Source of the DNA: Heteronotia binoei | Lineage: Eukaryota | DNA: 64,000 nt | Direction: 5' to 3' | Assembly: GCF_032191835.1 (NCBI RefSeq) | Contig: NC_083243.1 | Span: forward strand, 178,994,001 to 179,058,000 | Shown here: piece by piece, positions 61,931 through 64,000 of the stretch | Numbering within the stretch: the first letter of the stretch is position 1 | How the letters are laid out: every line of letters starts with the position of its first letter | Made by a program: the position numbers and the translations under genes | Notes under the pieces: generated by a model | What the model saw: only the letters and a program-made list of their open reading frames with translations | What the model was told of the DNA's origin: nothing | The model's database searches: none

Positions 61931-62420
61931 GTAGGGTATATGTGGTGTTTTGGCTCTCCCTAAGTATGGCCTGCTTAGGGCAAGGAGGGATTCAGTTTTG
62001 CCACCCTTCGTCACCTCACCTCCTCCTCCAAGGATGCCTTCCTTCTCATTAACCTTTTGGGTCTGCTTCCAGTGCTTGCACCTGAGTCCCTTGGTGATGC
62101 CTGTTGGTGGGTGATGTTGATTCTTTGTTCTTCCAGGTCTGCATCCCTCATTTCCTTGAGCACATGCTTTATTTCTCCCCTGTTGTTTGTCAACCAACTC
62201 CCAGGCGTTCTAATGAGGCACCAGAGTCCAACGAGCCCAAAGTGTCAGGCCGGACAGAGTAGTGAAGGTAAGTGTCATTTGCAGCCACACAAATTGGCAG
62301 TAGGCTCGTCAAGGGGGATTCTTGGACTTCTACCCCATATTCCTTTCCAAATCAGCTCTTGGTCAGAACTAATGTTGTTTTATATTTTTCATTTACACAT
62401 ACCTTTCTCACCAATGTAAA

Positions 62421-62523
62421 CTTGTTGTCGTTCAGTCGCACAGTCGAGTCTGACTCTTTGCGACCCCATGGACAAAGTCACGTCAGGCCCTCCTGTCTTC
62501 TACCATCCTCCGAAGTCTGCTCA
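62421..62523 (-). mobile_element. BovB/RTE 3' tail fragment
   Basis: GTTCAGTCGCACAGTCGAGTCTGACTCTTTGCGACCCCATGGAC, the typical BovB terminus. Confidence 0.7.
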
Positions 62524-63004
62524 ATGGAAACTAGAAGAGGCTTATTGCAGTAGAGTACCTAGTCTACTGGGTGCCTGAGGCAGATAATTATTTAACGTCC
62601 CTTTCCTCTGTTGTTTTTTTTCCCATCAAGCAACAGCTGACTTATGGTGACCCCTTAGTGTTTCCAAGGCAAGAGCTATTTGGAGGTGGTTTGCCATTGC
62701 CTGACTCTGTGTCATTTCTGACCTCAGGAGATCTTCAGGCTCCATCTGGAGGTTGGCTACCCTAGGCCTGATAGCACCTTCTGGGTGACTTGATGCCACC
62801 CGGCTGGCATTACTTAACTAGGCCAGGCTGCTTACTCCTGTTCAGCAGCAGTCCCTCTATGACAGCCAATATGAATTAGCATTGCCAACTCCAGGTTGGG
62901 AAATTCCTGGAGATTTGATGGGTGCGGCCTGGAGAGGGTGAGTTTGAGAAAGGATGGGACCTCAGACAGATTGCTTGTTTCCTGCTTTTGTCACCATTGT
63001 GGAG

Positions 63005-63150
63005 AAATACCGGTGGTCCATACTGAACCGGTGGTCGGAGTATTTTCAGGTTCTCTTCAGTGCCAACCGCGTAGTTCAAGATTCAGCAATCCACCTCACC
63101 CCACTTCAACAGGTGAAAACAGAGTTGGATGAGATCCCCACCCTAGAAGA
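63005..63150 (+). mobile_element. RTE LINE internal fragment (target of the Gypsy insertion)
   Basis: ILNRWSEYFQVLFS..ELDEIPTLE matches the RTE endonuclease-RT linker. Confidence 0.75.
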
Positions 63151-63887
63151 TGTCATGCCTGCCCCTGCTGACTCAGAGCAGGTGCCTGCTTCTGACCCCG
63201 CCCCTGCTGTGCAGATGCCTTCAGCAACAGAGGACGTAAGTCCTGAAGGAGCCAGCCAGCAGCAGGGGCCACCTGAAACCAATCTGGCCACACCAGGTAC
63301 TAGCTCATCTCCCCCAGACTCACCAACACCTGGGGCCCGCCTGCGCGAGAGGAGACGCCTGGAATTCAGGAACAGGCGTAGAGAGGCGCGCATGCGGGCT
63401 AGAAGAGATCTGAGCCCGGAGTTCTAACGAGCCAATTAGCCAGCAGTATATCTGGGATCCTGGCCTCAGGCCAAACTGTGCTGGCAACAAGCGAACACCC
63501 TTGGATGTGTCTGCGTCTCGCACCCCTTGCTTCGGAAAGAACCTGTGCATTCCTGACCCGGCCTGACTCATAGACTGGTATTCTGGACTCTGGCTTTGCT
63601 TATCGGACTGGCTTAGGTATCGTTTGATCTCGGCTTTGCTTCCCGGCTTCTGACTCTCGGCTCTGTTTCCCGGCTTCTGACTTTCGGCTCGGCTCCCCGG
63701 CTTCTGACTCTCGGCTTCCCTGACCAAGCTTCCGTCTCACCCTCCAGCCTGCCTGTTTACGTTATCAATCAACTGGACTGTTTTACGACCACTCCCTGTG
63801 CTTCGCCTGAGCTGTCTGCGAGAGGTCCTGGCTCGTTGCCAGGACGATAGCAGCCGCAGCTTCGTGTCAGAGACTCGGGCCGTGACA
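63151..63887 (+). mobile_element. 5' LTR of a Ty3/Gypsy (Tf1/sushi-like) retrotransposon
   Basis: TGTCA...TGACA termini; CCAAT at 63432 and TATAT at 63447; ~22-bp tandem repeats (CCCGGCTTCTGACT) in the distal part; followed by a PBS and a gag-like ORF. Confidence 0.85.
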
Positions 63888-63889
63888 GC

Positions 63890-63899
63890 TTGCCAGCAC
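63890..63899 (+). promoter_or_regulatory. Primer-binding site, self-priming type
   Basis: TTGCCAGCAC is the exact reverse complement of GTGCTGGCAA at 63478-63487, 31 bp downstream of the TATA-like box. Confidence 0.75.
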
Positions 63900-63921
63900 C
63901 CAAAACTCACCAGGCACGCTC

Positions 63922-64000
63922 ATGACGGACCAAGCGGCAGGAGGCATGGACCCCTTGCCGGGGCTCCTAGACCAGGTGCAGCAATTAACCCAAGCGGTGA
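63922..64000 (+). CDS. Start of a Gag-like ORF (runs off the window)
   Basis: MTDQAAGGMDPLPGLLDQVQQLTQAV: coiled-coil-like N-terminus resembling sushi/PEG10-type Gag; begins 35 bp after the LTR. Confidence 0.6.
   Translation, partial: MTDQAAGGMDPLPGLLDQVQQLTQAV

Noticed and set aside
62954-63427. 157-aa ORF as a novel gene
   Set aside because: Chance in-frame fusion of a MITE fragment, an RTE fragment and the Gypsy LTR ORF across insertion junctions.

Overview
Repeat-dense, eukaryotic non-coding DNA from a squamate reptile, probably a gecko (inferred from the Sauria SINEs, MIR-derived Squam3-type SINEs with (CTT)n tails, and the CR1/L2/RTE-BovB LINE mix). Two N-gaps. No intact host gene could be identified; only low-confidence candidate exons. 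All recognisable coding sequence is transposon-derived: a decayed hAT transposase (~0.8-3.0 kb), L1 ORF1, and CR1, L2 and RTE reverse transcriptase fragments. Strongest observations: (1) a complete 2.6-kb, TSD-bounded, ORF1-only 'half-L1' element; (2) two related ~750-bp LTR-like elements that both sit in the same reconstructed target TCC-GGC-AA with only GGC repeated, suggesting sequence-specific tyrosine-recombinase-type integration; (3) a Ty3/Gypsy 5' LTR whose PBS is complementary to its own predicted transcript start (Tf1/sushi-type self-priming) and whose U3 carries a 90-codon Arg-rich ORF; (4) tandem arrays built from the 3' units of SINEs and of CR1; (5) three fully palindromic MITEs with related termini and 3-bp A/T TSDs; (6) small templated or stuttered insertions at CR1 copies. 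Family names are by recognition, not database search; boundaries without a TSD are approximate.
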